A DNA stretch of 64,000 nt from Clostridiales bacterium (GTDB taxonomy: Bacteria > Bacillota > Clostridia > TANB77 > SIG350). Both the position numbers and the translations under genes were made by a program. Numbering within the stretch: position 1 is the first letter of the stretch; every line of letters begins with the position of its first letter. The DNA is taken from the NCBI GenBank assembly GCA_015056545.1, contig SVGE01000002.1, forward strand, positions 12,120 through 76,119, written 5' to 3'. Shown here one piece after another: positions 23,878 to 32,937 of the stretch. Under the pieces are notes generated by a model. That model was not told the origin of the DNA and ran no database searches. It saw only the letters and a list, made by a program, of their open reading frames with translations.

Positions 23878-24741
23878 ATGGAAAATGTAAAATTATTTGA
23901 TGCATCTTTTGATAAATATGCAAAAAATTATGATAATGCAAGACCTAAATATCCAGAGATTATGTATGAGGATATAATAAAGTTTTGCAAACTGTCTGCT
24001 AAAGATGAAATTTTAGAAATAGGATCTGGAAGCGGATTAGCTACAAAAGAATTTGCTAAAATAGGTTCAAAGATTATATCAGTTGAACCAGGAGATAATT
24101 TAGTAGAGGTTGCTAAATATAATTTATCTGAATATACAAATATTGAATATATTTGTGATACATTTGAAAATTGTAATTTTTCTGAAAAACAATTTGATAG
24201 TATTATATCTGCAACAGCTTTTCATTGGTTAGATAAAGAAACTAAATATATGAATACAGCAAAATGTTTGAAAGATAATGGTTTTTTAATATTATTTTGG
24301 AATAGTTTTTGTAGAGATAATTCAGATGTAATGAAAAAAATAGATGAAGTATATGATAAACATTTATCTGGAGTATATGCTAAAAAAGGAGATGTTAATA
24401 CAGGTGTTTTAAATAAAGTAATAACTAGAGAACAAGAAATAATAAATAATGAATATTTTTATTTAGCAAGTTTAAAAAGATATAAGACTGAATATTTGTA
24501 TGAAGCTCAAAGTTATGCAGCTTTATTAAATACATTTCCAGAGATTATTAAATTAGATGAGAATACTAGAAAAGTATTTTTTGAAGATATTATGAAAGTA
24601 ATAGGGGATAGTGGAAGTAAAATTAAGTTACCTGTAATGACAACTGTATACATATTAAGAAAAAAAGAGCAATTTACAAATGATTTTGGAACAAATATTC
24701 AGGATATTTATTCATTTGAAGAAAATGAAATTAGAATGTAG
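23878..24741 (+). CDS. Class I SAM-dependent methyltransferase
   Basis: Motif I ILEIGSGSGLAT and an N-terminal Y...RPKYP pattern. Confidence 0.75.
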   Translation: MENVKLFDASFDKYAKNYDNARPKYPEIMYEDIIKFCKLSAKDEILEIGSGSGLATKEFAKIGSKIISVEPGDNLVEVAKYNLSEYTNIEYICDTFENCNFSEKQFDSIISATAFHWLDKETKYMNTAKCLKDNGFLILFWNSFCRDNSDVMKKIDEVYDKHLSGVYAKKGDVNTGVLNKVITREQEIINNEYFYLASLKRYKTEYLYEAQSYAALLNTFPEIIKLDENTRKVFFEDIMKVIGDSGSKIKLPVMTTVYILRKKEQFTNDFGTNIQDIYSFEENEIRM

Positions 24742-24788
24742 AATTAAAAAAGAGGTTGTCAGTAGACTTCCTCTTTTAATGTATATCA

Positions 24789-25586
24789 TTAGAATGATTT
24801 TATTGAATACTTATTTACTAAATCAGTAATTTCATCGTGAACTTTTCCATTACTAATAATTGCTCCATCTATATCTTGGTCATATCTTTGTTCATCTCCA
24901 AATAAATTTGTTACTTTACCACCCGCTTCTTCAACAATAACTTTAACTGCAGCAATATCACAATTTTTATGTTTTGTTCCAGGAAATAGGGCTAAATTAA
25001 ATTCACCATTAGCAACACACATTCCAGCTCTTATAACACTTCCTAAACTTACACAATATGATTTTTCTATAAGTTCTTTTATTGGCCCACTTATATTATA
25101 ATATTGTTCTTTCGGCATTATATCTACATTAGAAACACTTCTTATATCATTAAAATCTATATCATTTACTTTTATTTTTTTGTTGTTTTGGTATGCTCCT
25201 TTTCCTTTAATTGCAGAATATAAGTTATTAGTGAATGGATCGTATACAACACCAACAATTGGTTTTCCATGAACAACTAATGCAAGAGAAAATACAGCAG
25301 TAGGAATGTGTCTTGCATACATTGCTGTTCCATCTACTGGATCACATACCCAAATATAATTACTGTTTCCAAATTGATCTTCTTCACCATCAACAGAATG
25401 TGTTGGAAATACTTTTTTTACTTGTTTGATTAAATAATCATTTATTTCAGTATCAGCTTTTGTTACAATTGTTTGATCAATTTTATAGCTAGCACCATTA
25501 TTAGTTTTAAAATATTTCAACATTATTTTTCCAGCTTTATAAGCTATATTCTTAGCAAATTCTAAATATTTTTCTTCAATTTTCAT
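24789..25586 (-). CDS. Inositol monophosphatase family protein
   Basis: WVCDPVDGT (the DPxDGT motif). ATG 25586 follows SD aaggaga. Confidence 0.8.
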   Translation of the reverse strand: MKIEEKYLEFAKNIAYKAGKIMLKYFKTNNGASYKIDQTIVTKADTEINDYLIKQVKKVFPTHSVDGEEDQFGNSNYIWVCDPVDGTAMYARHIPTAVFSLALVVHGKPIVGVVYDPFTNNLYSAIKGKGAYQNNKKIKVNDIDFNDIRSVSNVDIMPKEQYYNISGPIKELIEKSYCVSLGSVIRAGMCVANGEFNLALFPGTKHKNCDIAAVKVIVEEAGGKVTNLFGDEQRYDQDIDGAIISNGKVHDEITDLVNKYSIKSF

Positions 25587-25675
25587 GTTTTTCTCCTTAG
25601 TATTATATATTATCATTTTTATTATATTATAAATATTTTAATATTGCTATACCTTTACTAAAAAAATAAAAATAG

Positions 25676-25704
25676 TTGCTTATTTATTAAAAAAATGTTA
25701 AAAT
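25676..25704 (+). promoter_or_regulatory. Promoter (TTGCTT-17-TAAAAT with TG extension) for the riboswitch-led transcript
   Basis: ttgctt at 25676-25681 and tgt-taaaat at 25696-25704. Confidence 0.55.
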
Positions 25705-25726
25705 ATTATTGTATGAAAATTAAATA

Positions 25727-25832
25727 AAAATGCTGAATCTTTGTAAAAAGAGCCGAGGAACCAATTTTGGGGTGTATCATATAAATGAGGGAAACCTTTT
25801 ATTCCTAACCCGTCAGCTAACTTGGCAAGCTA
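25727..25832 (+). promoter_or_regulatory. ydaO/kimA-class c-di-AMP riboswitch aptamer
   Basis: Blocks match the recalled consensus in order: tgctgaatc, gagccgaggaaccaa, ttggggtgtatc, gagggaaacc, aacccgtcagctaacttggcaagc. Compare B. subtilis ...GAGCGGGGGACCCA...UUGGGGUGAAUC...ACCCGUCAGCUAACCUCGUAAGCG. Confidence 0.75.
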
Positions 25833-25853
25833 TATAAGAGGAAAATAACTAAG

Positions 25854-25878
25854 TCATAGGATTTTCCTGTGATTTTTT
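25854..25878 (+). terminator. Riboswitch expression-platform terminator
   Basis: tcatagga / tcctgtga forms an 8-bp stem with one G-U pair and a 3-nt loop, followed by T6. Confidence 0.7.
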
Positions 25879-25910
25879 GTTTTCACAAAAGATGAGAGGA
25901 GATAGATAAT

Positions 25911-26972
25911 ATGAAAAATAGTAAAATTAGTGTAATTGTACCAATATATAATGTGGAAAATTATTTGAATAATTGTATAGATAGTATAATTAATCAAACA
26001 TACTCAAATTTAGAAATAATATTAGTAGATGATGAATCAACAGATAATTCAGGAAAAATTGCAGACGAATATATTAAAAAAGATAATAGAATTAAAGTTA
26101 TTCATAAGAAAAATGGAGGATTATCTGATACGAGAAATGCAGGAATAGAAATTGCTACAGGGGATTATTTAATGTTTATCGACTCAGATGATTTTTTCCC
26201 TATAAATGCATGTGAAGTTTTAGTAAATAAAATTGAAGAAAAGCAAGCTGATTATGTAATCGGAAATTATATTAATACCCAGGAGAATGGAAAGCTATGG
26301 GAAAAGCCTATTTTTAATACAGAGAAATATAAAGAGTTTGAATTAAGTATAAAAGATTATAAAGATTCTTTTTATATAATGAATTCTAGTGCTTGTAATA
26401 AAATATTTAAAGCAAGTTTTATAAAAGAATTGAATTTAAAATTTGAAGTAGGTTTGCCGGCAGAAGATGCTATATTTACTACATATTGTTTTATTAAAGC
26501 AAATAAAGTTGTATATATTCCAGAAATAATTTATTGTTATAGACAAAGAAATGCAGGGACATCCATTTCTATGAATTGTACAGAAAAGTATTTTAATGGA
26601 ATCAATAATGCATATAAAATAATTTATAATAATTTTAAAGAAAATGATGAAATAGGTTTTTACAGATTTTTTTATGCAAAAAGTATGACATATATGTTGT
26701 ATAAATTCATAGATTCAAAATTTATAAATGATGAACAAAAAATAGATATTTTATCACAAATGAGATGGTTTTATAAATTAAGCAAAGAACTTAATGTTCC
26801 GGCGTGTCAAGAGTCATTAAGTTTAATTATAGATAAAATAATTAATGGAGATTATAAAGATGTTATAGATATTTGCAAAGTTATTGCAGAAGTAAGAACA
26901 TTTATGCCACAAGATATTAAAGAAACTATGTCTAAGCCACAGGCAGATATGTATTTAAAAATGATGGAATAA
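25911..26972 (+). CDS. Family-2 glycosyltransferase (cell-envelope polysaccharide/teichoic-acid type)
   Basis: ISVIVPIYNVENYLNNCIDSIINQTYSNLEIILVDDESTDNSG...DSDD is the canonical GT2 N-terminal domain. Confidence 0.8.
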   Translation: MKNSKISVIVPIYNVENYLNNCIDSIINQTYSNLEIILVDDESTDNSGKIADEYIKKDNRIKVIHKKNGGLSDTRNAGIEIATGDYLMFIDSDDFFPINACEVLVNKIEEKQADYVIGNYINTQENGKLWEKPIFNTEKYKEFELSIKDYKDSFYIMNSSACNKIFKASFIKELNLKFEVGLPAEDAIFTTYCFIKANKVVYIPEIIYCYRQRNAGTSISMNCTEKYFNGINNAYKIIYNNFKENDEIGFYRFFYAKSMTYMLYKFIDSKFINDEQKIDILSQMRWFYKLSKELNVPACQESLSLIIDKIINGDYKDVIDICKVIAEVRTFMPQDIKETMSKPQADMYLKMME

Positions 26973-26984
26973 TTGGAGGATATT

Positions 26985-27998
26985 ATGAATAAATTAATAA
27001 CTGTAATTGTACCAGTATATAATGTTGAGAAATATATTAGAAATTGTATAGAAAGTATAATTAATCAAACTTATTCTAATTTAGAAATAATATTAGTTGA
27101 TGATGGTTCTTTAGATAGTAGTCCACAAATAATAGATGAATATGCTAAAAAGGATAAAAGAATAAGAGTTATACATAAGGAAAATGGAGGAGTTTCATCT
27201 GCTAGAAATGCAGGCTTGAAAATTGCGAGTGGTGAGTATATAACATTTGTAGATAGTGATGATACAATTAATAGTAAAATATATGAAATATTATATAATT
27301 TAATAAAAAAATATGATACAGAAATTACTATGTGTGAAGCAATAAAAGTTTATGAAGATGAAGAAGGAAAAATTATAATTCCAGAACTTGAAGAAAATGA
27401 TATTCAAGAAAAAGTACTTAATAGTGGTGAAGCAATTAAATTAATGATAATGGATGGAAATATAGGTAATTTTGCTTGTACAAAGTTATTTAAAAAAGAG
27501 TTGTTTAATAATATAACTTTTCCAGATGGAAAAGTTTATGAAGATGCGGGAACAACATATAAGGTTGTCCACAATGCTAATAAAATTGTTTATACAAATT
27601 TAAAACTATATAATTATTTTTATGGTAGGATAGGATCAATTACATCAACTTTTACAGAAAAAAAGATATTAGATAGTTTAGAAGCATATTTTGAACAATA
27701 TTTATTTATATTAAATAATTATCCAGAAATTAAACAATATGCTAATATTACATGGGTGAGAATGTATACAAGTGCAATGGAAAAAATATGTATGAATAAT
27801 TATATTGATTTATGGGATAGAGAAGATGTAATAGAAAAATATGAATATTTCAAGAAAGCAATAGATGAAATTGATAAAGAAATATTATATAATAACTTAG
27901 AACAATATAGATTGATAAGTGCAGTTATATTAAGACATAGTAGAGAAATATATAAAAAGATGTTTAAAACAATATATAATAATTTAAAAAATATTTAA
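26985..27998 (+). CDS. Family-2 glycosyltransferase (paralog of the preceding gene)
   Basis: ATG 26985 follows SD ggagg. The GT2 N-terminal domain reads ITVIVPVYNVEKYIRNCIESIINQTYSNLEIILVDDGSLDSS...DSDD. Confidence 0.8.
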   Translation: MNKLITVIVPVYNVEKYIRNCIESIINQTYSNLEIILVDDGSLDSSPQIIDEYAKKDKRIRVIHKENGGVSSARNAGLKIASGEYITFVDSDDTINSKIYEILYNLIKKYDTEITMCEAIKVYEDEEGKIIIPELEENDIQEKVLNSGEAIKLMIMDGNIGNFACTKLFKKELFNNITFPDGKVYEDAGTTYKVVHNANKIVYTNLKLYNYFYGRIGSITSTFTEKKILDSLEAYFEQYLFILNNYPEIKQYANITWVRMYTSAMEKICMNNYIDLWDREDVIEKYEYFKKAIDEIDKEILYNNLEQYRLISAVILRHSREIYKKMFKTIYNNLKNI

Positions 27999-28001
27999 AA
28001 T

Positions 28002-28040
28002 GAGAAATGACTTACTATCGATATTAGTAAGTCATTTCTT
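28002..28040. terminator. Bidirectional terminator
   Basis: gagaaatgacttacta / tagtaagtcatttctt. Confidence 0.75.
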
Positions 28041-28046
28041 TTAGTA

Positions 28047-29081
28047 TTATTTTTTTACATTTTCAGCAAATGTATTATTTACTATTTTATTATATGGTGC
28101 CATAGTATCTAATTCACCAGCTTCCATAATTACTTTTTGCAATAAGTTAAAAGAATCTTCACTCATGTATGGAGTAGTATTCCATACATCAATTTTTTTA
28201 TAATTTTCAATAGCTTTTGTTAGTAATTCTTTATCTGAATCTGGAAATGAAGATATTGTAGCATCTGCTATTTCTTCTGAAGAATGCTGATTTACCCATA
28301 CTTGACCTTTGTATATTGCATTAGTGAATTTTTGGATTATATCTGAATTTTTTTCAATATAACTTTTTTTAGCAAAATATGCTGTATAGGGGATTTCTTC
28401 AGTTGCACTACCGACAGCGGCTACGATATATCCAGCACCTTCTTTTTCAAGTAAACTTGCAGCAGGTTCAAATGATGTAACATAATCTGCTGTTCCACCA
28501 ACAAATGATGAATTCATTGCATCAAAACTTATTGATGTATCTAGATTTAAATCATTAACAATATCTAAACCATTTTGTTTTAAAACATATTCAAATGTCA
28601 TATATGGTGCTCCGCCTTTTCTTCCTGGAAGAACATGTTTCCCTTTCAAATCAGTCCAAGAAAAATTATCTGTTTTTTCTCTTGCAACTAAAAATGAACC
28701 ATCTCTTTTAGTTACTTGTGCAAATACTTCAGCATAATCTTCTTTTCCTTCATTATATACATAAATAGCCGCTTCTGGACCAGCAAATCCAATATCTACC
28801 TGATTAGATAAAACAGCAGTCATAACATTATCTGCACCACCACCATTAATAAGTTCAATTTCCAACCCTTCTTCTTCAAAAAAGCCTAAATTCATTGCCA
28901 CATATTGTGGAGCATAGAAAATAGAATGTGTAACTTCGCTTACAGATATTTTTTCTAATTTTGTAGGTGAAGTAATATTAGGTGAAGTAGGAGAAGTAGT
29001 ATTGCTTAAATTAATAACTAATATTGATACAATAATAATTATAACAACAATTGCTAAAAGAATATAAATTAATTTTTTCAT
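28047..29081 (-). CDS. ABC transporter substrate-binding lipoprotein-like protein, NMT1/THI5 (nitrate/sulfonate/bicarbonate) family
   Basis: ATG 29081 follows SD aaaggagg and gives MKKLIYILLAIVVIIIIV. The upstream 42 codons of the track ORF overlap the permease gene. The family call rests on overall pattern only. Confidence 0.55.
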   Translation of the reverse strand: MKKLIYILLAIVVIIIIVSILVINLSNTTSPTSPNITSPTKLEKISVSEVTHSIFYAPQYVAMNLGFFEEEGLEIELINGGGADNVMTAVLSNQVDIGFAGPEAAIYVYNEGKEDYAEVFAQVTKRDGSFLVAREKTDNFSWTDLKGKHVLPGRKGGAPYMTFEYVLKQNGLDIVNDLNLDTSISFDAMNSSFVGGTADYVTSFEPAASLLEKEGAGYIVAAVGSATEEIPYTAYFAKKSYIEKNSDIIQKFTNAIYKGQVWVNQHSSEEIADATISSFPDSDKELLTKAIENYKKIDVWNTTPYMSEDSFNLLQKVIMEAGELDTMAPYNKIVNNTFAENVKK

Positions 29082-29152
29082 AAAACCTCCTTTATATGTA
29101 TGCACTTGTTTTTTACAAGTGCATTTAAATATATTAAATAATATGCAAATTA

Positions 29153-29962
29153 TTAAGAATTGTGCATAATAAATTTTAAAATTCCTTTTTCTAAAAGAAC
29201 AACACATTTATACATTGCCCATGCCATTAAAGCTAATATTATTACACTTGTCATAACTAAATCAAATTTAAATACCTGACCACCATATACAATTAGATAA
29301 CCAAGTCCAGCTTTTGATACTAAAAATTCACCAGATATTACACCAACAAGAGAAAGGCCAATATTTACTTTTAATGCGTTTATTAATGTTGATATATTAG
29401 ATGGAAAAACTATTTTAGTAAATATTTGTAATTTAGTAGCATTAAAAGTTTCAGCCATTTTTATTTTATTTTTATCAGTTCTTAAGAAGCCATTTAACAT
29501 TTCAAGAATTGTAACAATTAACGAAATTGCAAGCGCCATAGTAATTATAGCTGGCATACCAGCTCCAACCCAAACAATTATAATTGGACCAAGAGCAACT
29601 TTAGGTAAGCTGTTTAATATAACTAAATAAGGTTCAGCAACTTTGCAGCAAAATGGAGACCACCATAATATACATGCAATTATTGTTCCTGCAATTGTAC
29701 CAAGTAAAAAGCCTATGACTGTTTCAAAACAGGTTACAAACAAATGCATAAGCAAATTATTAGAAGATAAATCCATTATTGTGTTTAACACTCTTGAAGG
29801 TTGACTTGTTAAAAATCCATCAATAATATTAAATCTAGCAAGTAATTCCCAAATAACTATAAATCCAACTAATATTGTAATTTGAGTAATAATAATAGCA
29901 ATTTTTTGTTTTTTTCTTTTAGCTAAATATTTTTTTCTATCTTCAGAAATGTTATTATCCAT
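29153..29962 (-). CDS. ABC transporter permease (BPD-transport type)
   Basis: Six TM helices and an EAA-like loop. It lies between the ATPase and SBP genes. Confidence 0.7.
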   Translation of the reverse strand: MDNNISEDRKKYLAKRKKQKIAIIITQITILVGFIVIWELLARFNIIDGFLTSQPSRVLNTIMDLSSNNLLMHLFVTCFETVIGFLLGTIAGTIIACILWWSPFCCKVAEPYLVILNSLPKVALGPIIIVWVGAGMPAIITMALAISLIVTILEMLNGFLRTDKNKIKMAETFNATKLQIFTKIVFPSNISTLINALKVNIGLSLVGVISGEFLVSKAGLGYLIVYGGQVFKFDLVMTSVIILALMAWAMYKCVVLLEKGILKFIMHNS

Positions 29963-29964
29963 AT

Positions 29965-30723
29965 TTAATTTAGCTCCCTCCAAATAGTATCAAAGTACTT
30001 ACTAAAATTAGGATCTTCTCTACAAGATAAAGGAGTTCTATTTTTTATATTAAATTTTATATCATGTACACTTTTAATAACGGCAGGTCTTTGTGTCAAA
30101 ACAATAATTTTATCTGACATACTAATACTTTCTGGAATATCATGTGTAACCATTATTGCAGTAATATTTTCATTTTTAATAATTTGGTATACATCATTTG
30201 TTACAGATAATCTTGTTTGGTAATCTAAGGCGGAAAAGGCCTCATCTAAAAGTAATATATCTGGATTTGTTGCTAATGTTCTAATTAATGCAACACGTTG
30301 TTTCATTCCTCCAGATAATTGTGCAGGATATTTATCTATAAATTCGCCTAAACCATATGTTTTTAAAAGATTTATCGCATAATTTTTTGTTTTTTCATTA
30401 AGCATATTCTTGATTTCTAATCCAAAACAAACATTTTGTAAAATATTGCGCCATTCTAATAGATAATCTTTTTGTAACATATATCCAATATTAGTTATTT
30501 TACCAGTAATATCTTGATTATCTATATAAACACTACCTGATGTTGGAGCTTCTAATCCTGATATAATAGAAAGCAGGGTAGATTTACCACAACCACTAGG
30601 ACCTACGATACTAATAAATTCCCCTTTTTTAAAATTATAGCTAAAATCTTTTATAGCTAAAATCTCACTATTTATATCTTGATAAACTTTACTTATATTT
30701 TTTAATGATAGAGTAGAGTTCAT
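29965..30723 (-). CDS. ABC transporter ATP-binding protein
   Basis: Walker A GPSGCGKST, signature LSGGMKQR, Walker B ILLLDEAFSALD. ATG 30723 follows SD agaggtg. Confidence 0.9.
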   Translation of the reverse strand: MNSTLSLKNISKVYQDINSEILAIKDFSYNFKKGEFISIVGPSGCGKSTLLSIISGLEAPTSGSVYIDNQDITGKITNIGYMLQKDYLLEWRNILQNVCFGLEIKNMLNEKTKNYAINLLKTYGLGEFIDKYPAQLSGGMKQRVALIRTLATNPDILLLDEAFSALDYQTRLSVTNDVYQIIKNENITAIMVTHDIPESISMSDKIIVLTQRPAVIKSVHDIKFNIKNRTPLSCREDPNFSKYFDTIWRELN

Positions 30724-30796
30724 ATTTTTCACCTCTTTTAATAAGTATTCTTTATACATAATATGTGAAAAATATAAAAATTGTGTAATAATATAA

Positions 30797-30825
30797 TTGA
30801 AAAAAATATTAAGTTATATTATAAT
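30797..30825 (+). promoter_or_regulatory. Promoter (TTGAAA-17-TATAAT) for the second tRNA-Gly
   Basis: ttgaaa at 30797-30802 and tataat at 30820-30825, 13 nt upstream of the tRNA. Confidence 0.7.
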
Positions 30826-30838
30826 AAAAAAGAAAGAT

Positions 30839-30912
<74 letters not shown>

Positions 30913-30950
30913 TAAGGTAAAATCGTCGCATCAATGTGACGTTAATGATT

Positions 30951-30978
30951 AAATCAATCTGCAAAGATTGATTTTTTT
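30951..30978 (+). terminator. Rho-independent terminator after the second tRNA-Gly
   Basis: aaatcaatct / agattgattt with a gcaa loop, followed by a T-run. Confidence 0.8.
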
Positions 30979-31045
30979 GTTTCTATCAAAACCACAGATA
31001 GTCCGGGAGGTTGATAAAGTTTTAGCGATAAGTAGACAAAGAAAA

Positions 31046-31251
31046 CTCCTTTCTTGTATAATAAATTTGCGACTTACCGGAAGCAAATTTATAAAAGAAA
31101 GGAGAGCATTTAAAATGAAATCAATCAAATTAAATGATATAAGAAGTTTAGCACATATTTCGTGGAATTGCAAATATCATGTGGTATCTGCACCAAAGTA
31201 TAGAAGAAAAGACTTTTAGGACAAAAGGAAAAAACACCAGCTACGCTGGTG
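31046..31251 (+). mobile_element. IS200/IS605-family remnant: RBS-sequestering hairpin plus a truncated tnpA 5' end
   Basis: Long hairpin ctcctttcttgtataataaatttgc / gcaaatttataaaagaaaggag (31046-31106) covers the SD, as in IS200. Only 34 tnpA codons remain. A small hairpin caccagc/gctggtg sits at 31235-31251. Confidence 0.6.
31115..31219 (+). pseudogene. Truncated IS200/IS605 Y1 transposase (tnpA) N-terminal fragment
   Basis: MKSIKLNDIRSLAHISWNCKYHVVSAPKYRRKDF* matches the conserved ...H..W.CKYH(I/V)V..PKYRRK.. start of TnpA and then stops. Full-length TnpA is about 130-150 aa. Confidence 0.7.
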
Positions 31252-31322
31252 AAAATTTGTTTAATAATTCATATACTTGTTTTTTTACTTTTTCTATCAT
31301 TTTTTCTCTTAAAATATTTAAT

Positions 31323-32087
31323 TTAATTCATTTTATAATAATTAATAACATCTGTACTTCTTCTATAAACATTACATATTTTTGATAATTCAGATATTAT
31401 AATATCTTCATCCTTAATTGAATTATAAAACAATTCATTTTTATTTGAAAAATGTACTGTTTCATTCGTTATATTACCTGTAAAAATACTTCCTACGACG
31501 ACATCTTTAATATTATAGTGTTCTATGTAACTTTTATATAAATCCAAATCTTTAACTGTTATATTTTCAAGAATTGGTTTCATATATAATATAACTGGAA
31601 TATTTAAACTTTTTGACATTTCAAAAGTTTCAAATCTTTTTTTTATTGATTCTGTATTTTTTTCTATAACACTATGCTTAGAAATTGTTGTAGAACTAAC
31701 AAAAACAATTAATTGTCCATAATATTTTATATAAGGAACTAATATAGTAAGTTCTTCGCTAGAAATTTTCTTCTTAGTAGATAATTGAATTTGATTCCCT
31801 TTCTTTAAGAAATATTCAATTATTTTTAATGTTTCTTTTTTGTTGTGATTATCCCAACATTCAGAAAAGCAACCTAGAGTAATTAATGTATCTTTGGTTA
31901 GATTAAAATTGTTTTTTTGTATCATTTCTATTACATCATTTGCAGATATTGTTTTATAATTATTATCTTTATTACCATAACCTAGTTTAGGTAAATAACA
32001 ATATAAGCATTCACCTGAACATCCTAAACTAGTATTAATAAACAGCCTTTTATTATCTTTAGCAAATAAATAACCATTATCTATCAT
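31323..32087 (-). CDS. Small radical SAM protein (SplB/DNA-photolyase-like COG1533 type)
   Basis: CxxxCxxC near the N-terminus (CSGECLYCYL). It is 254 aa long and lies 11 nt downstream of the methyltransferase gene on the same strand. Confidence 0.6.
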   Translation of the reverse strand: MIDNGYLFAKDNKRLFINTSLGCSGECLYCYLPKLGYGNKDNNYKTISANDVIEMIQKNNFNLTKDTLITLGCFSECWDNHNKKETLKIIEYFLKKGNQIQLSTKKKISSEELTILVPYIKYYGQLIVFVSSTTISKHSVIEKNTESIKKRFETFEMSKSLNIPVILYMKPILENITVKDLDLYKSYIEHYNIKDVVVGSIFTGNITNETVHFSNKNELFYNSIKDEDIIISELSKICNVYRRSTDVINYYKMN

Positions 32088-32098
32088 GATAAGCCTCC

Positions 32099-32869
32099 TT
32101 AAACCTTACCAATATACATCTCAGTATGAAAGTCAAATCTTACATAATCATCAATTTGGTATTTGTTGAAAATTTCTATAATTCCTTTAATAAATTCATC
32201 ATAATAAATTTCCTCTTCTTTTGGTGCATATGATAAAGATTTAGATAAACCTATTAACATTTCTAAATTATACTGTTTCGAATGAATAAAAGTATATGTA
32301 TCATACAAACCTTCTTTAAAAAAATTCTTTCTATCATCAACATTTTTGTGTTGATACTTTCTACCTGTTAATTTTGTATTCCATTCACTTATATATTTAA
32401 AATAACTTTTACTAAATTCATTATTCTCATCTTCCCAATTATTCCATACTATTGCAAAATATCCATTAGGTTTTAATAATCTTTTTACTTCTTCTTTTAC
32501 AGTAGTTTTATCAAACCAATGAAAACTTTGTACTGCAAAGATAATGTCTGCAATATTACTAGGAAGCTTCGTATTTTCTGCACTATTATTAATAAAGGTT
32601 ATATTATAGCAATCATTGCAATATTCTTTTCCTTTATTTATCATATCTATATTAGGTTCTACATAGTAAATTTTATTACAATATGCGCTAGCTATTTTAG
32701 AAAACTTTCCTGTTCCAGCACCCAATTCAACTATATCTTTACTTTTTAAATTATAATCTTTAACTAGAAATTCAAATAACTCTTCAGGATAACTTGGTCT
32801 AAATTTAGAATAGTCTTCCTGTTTGCCAAAATAAAATTTTGTACTATCTATTATTTTTTTATAATCCAT
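32099..32869 (-). CDS. Class I SAM-dependent methyltransferase
   Basis: Motif I VELGAGTGKFS and an N-terminal Y..FRPSYP pattern, like the 23878 paralog. Confidence 0.75.
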   Translation of the reverse strand: MDYKKIIDSTKFYFGKQEDYSKFRPSYPEELFEFLVKDYNLKSKDIVELGAGTGKFSKIASAYCNKIYYVEPNIDMINKGKEYCNDCYNITFINNSAENTKLPSNIADIIFAVQSFHWFDKTTVKEEVKRLLKPNGYFAIVWNNWEDENNEFSKSYFKYISEWNTKLTGRKYQHKNVDDRKNFFKEGLYDTYTFIHSKQYNLEMLIGLSKSLSYAPKEEEIYYDEFIKGIIEIFNKYQIDDYVRFDFHTEMYIGKV

Positions 32870-32937
32870 AATTATATTCCTCCAAGCATTTTGTTAAGTA
32901 TATTATACAATAAATCACAAAAAAATTCCATACTCCC

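Noticed and set aside
29082-29207. N-terminal extensions of track ORFs where an internal ATG with an SD fits better. Examples are 28047-29207, 29153-29983, 29965-30759, 24789-25616, 39562, 44068, 50716, 57534, 58207 and 60438.
   Set aside because: In each case the upstream extension overlaps the neighbouring gene or lacks an SD. The internal ATG is preceded by a GGAGG-like SD at 6-9 nt and restores a canonical N-terminus such as a signal peptide, a dinucleotide-binding fold or a family-typical start.
30949-31385. Track ORFs 30949-31173(-), the first 49 codons of 30968-31219(+), and 31179-31385(+).
   Set aside because: Only the last 34 codons of the 30968 ORF (from ATG 31115, behind an SD) resemble a real protein, the TnpA N-terminus. 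The rest spans a tRNA terminator, IS hairpin and intergenic DNA.
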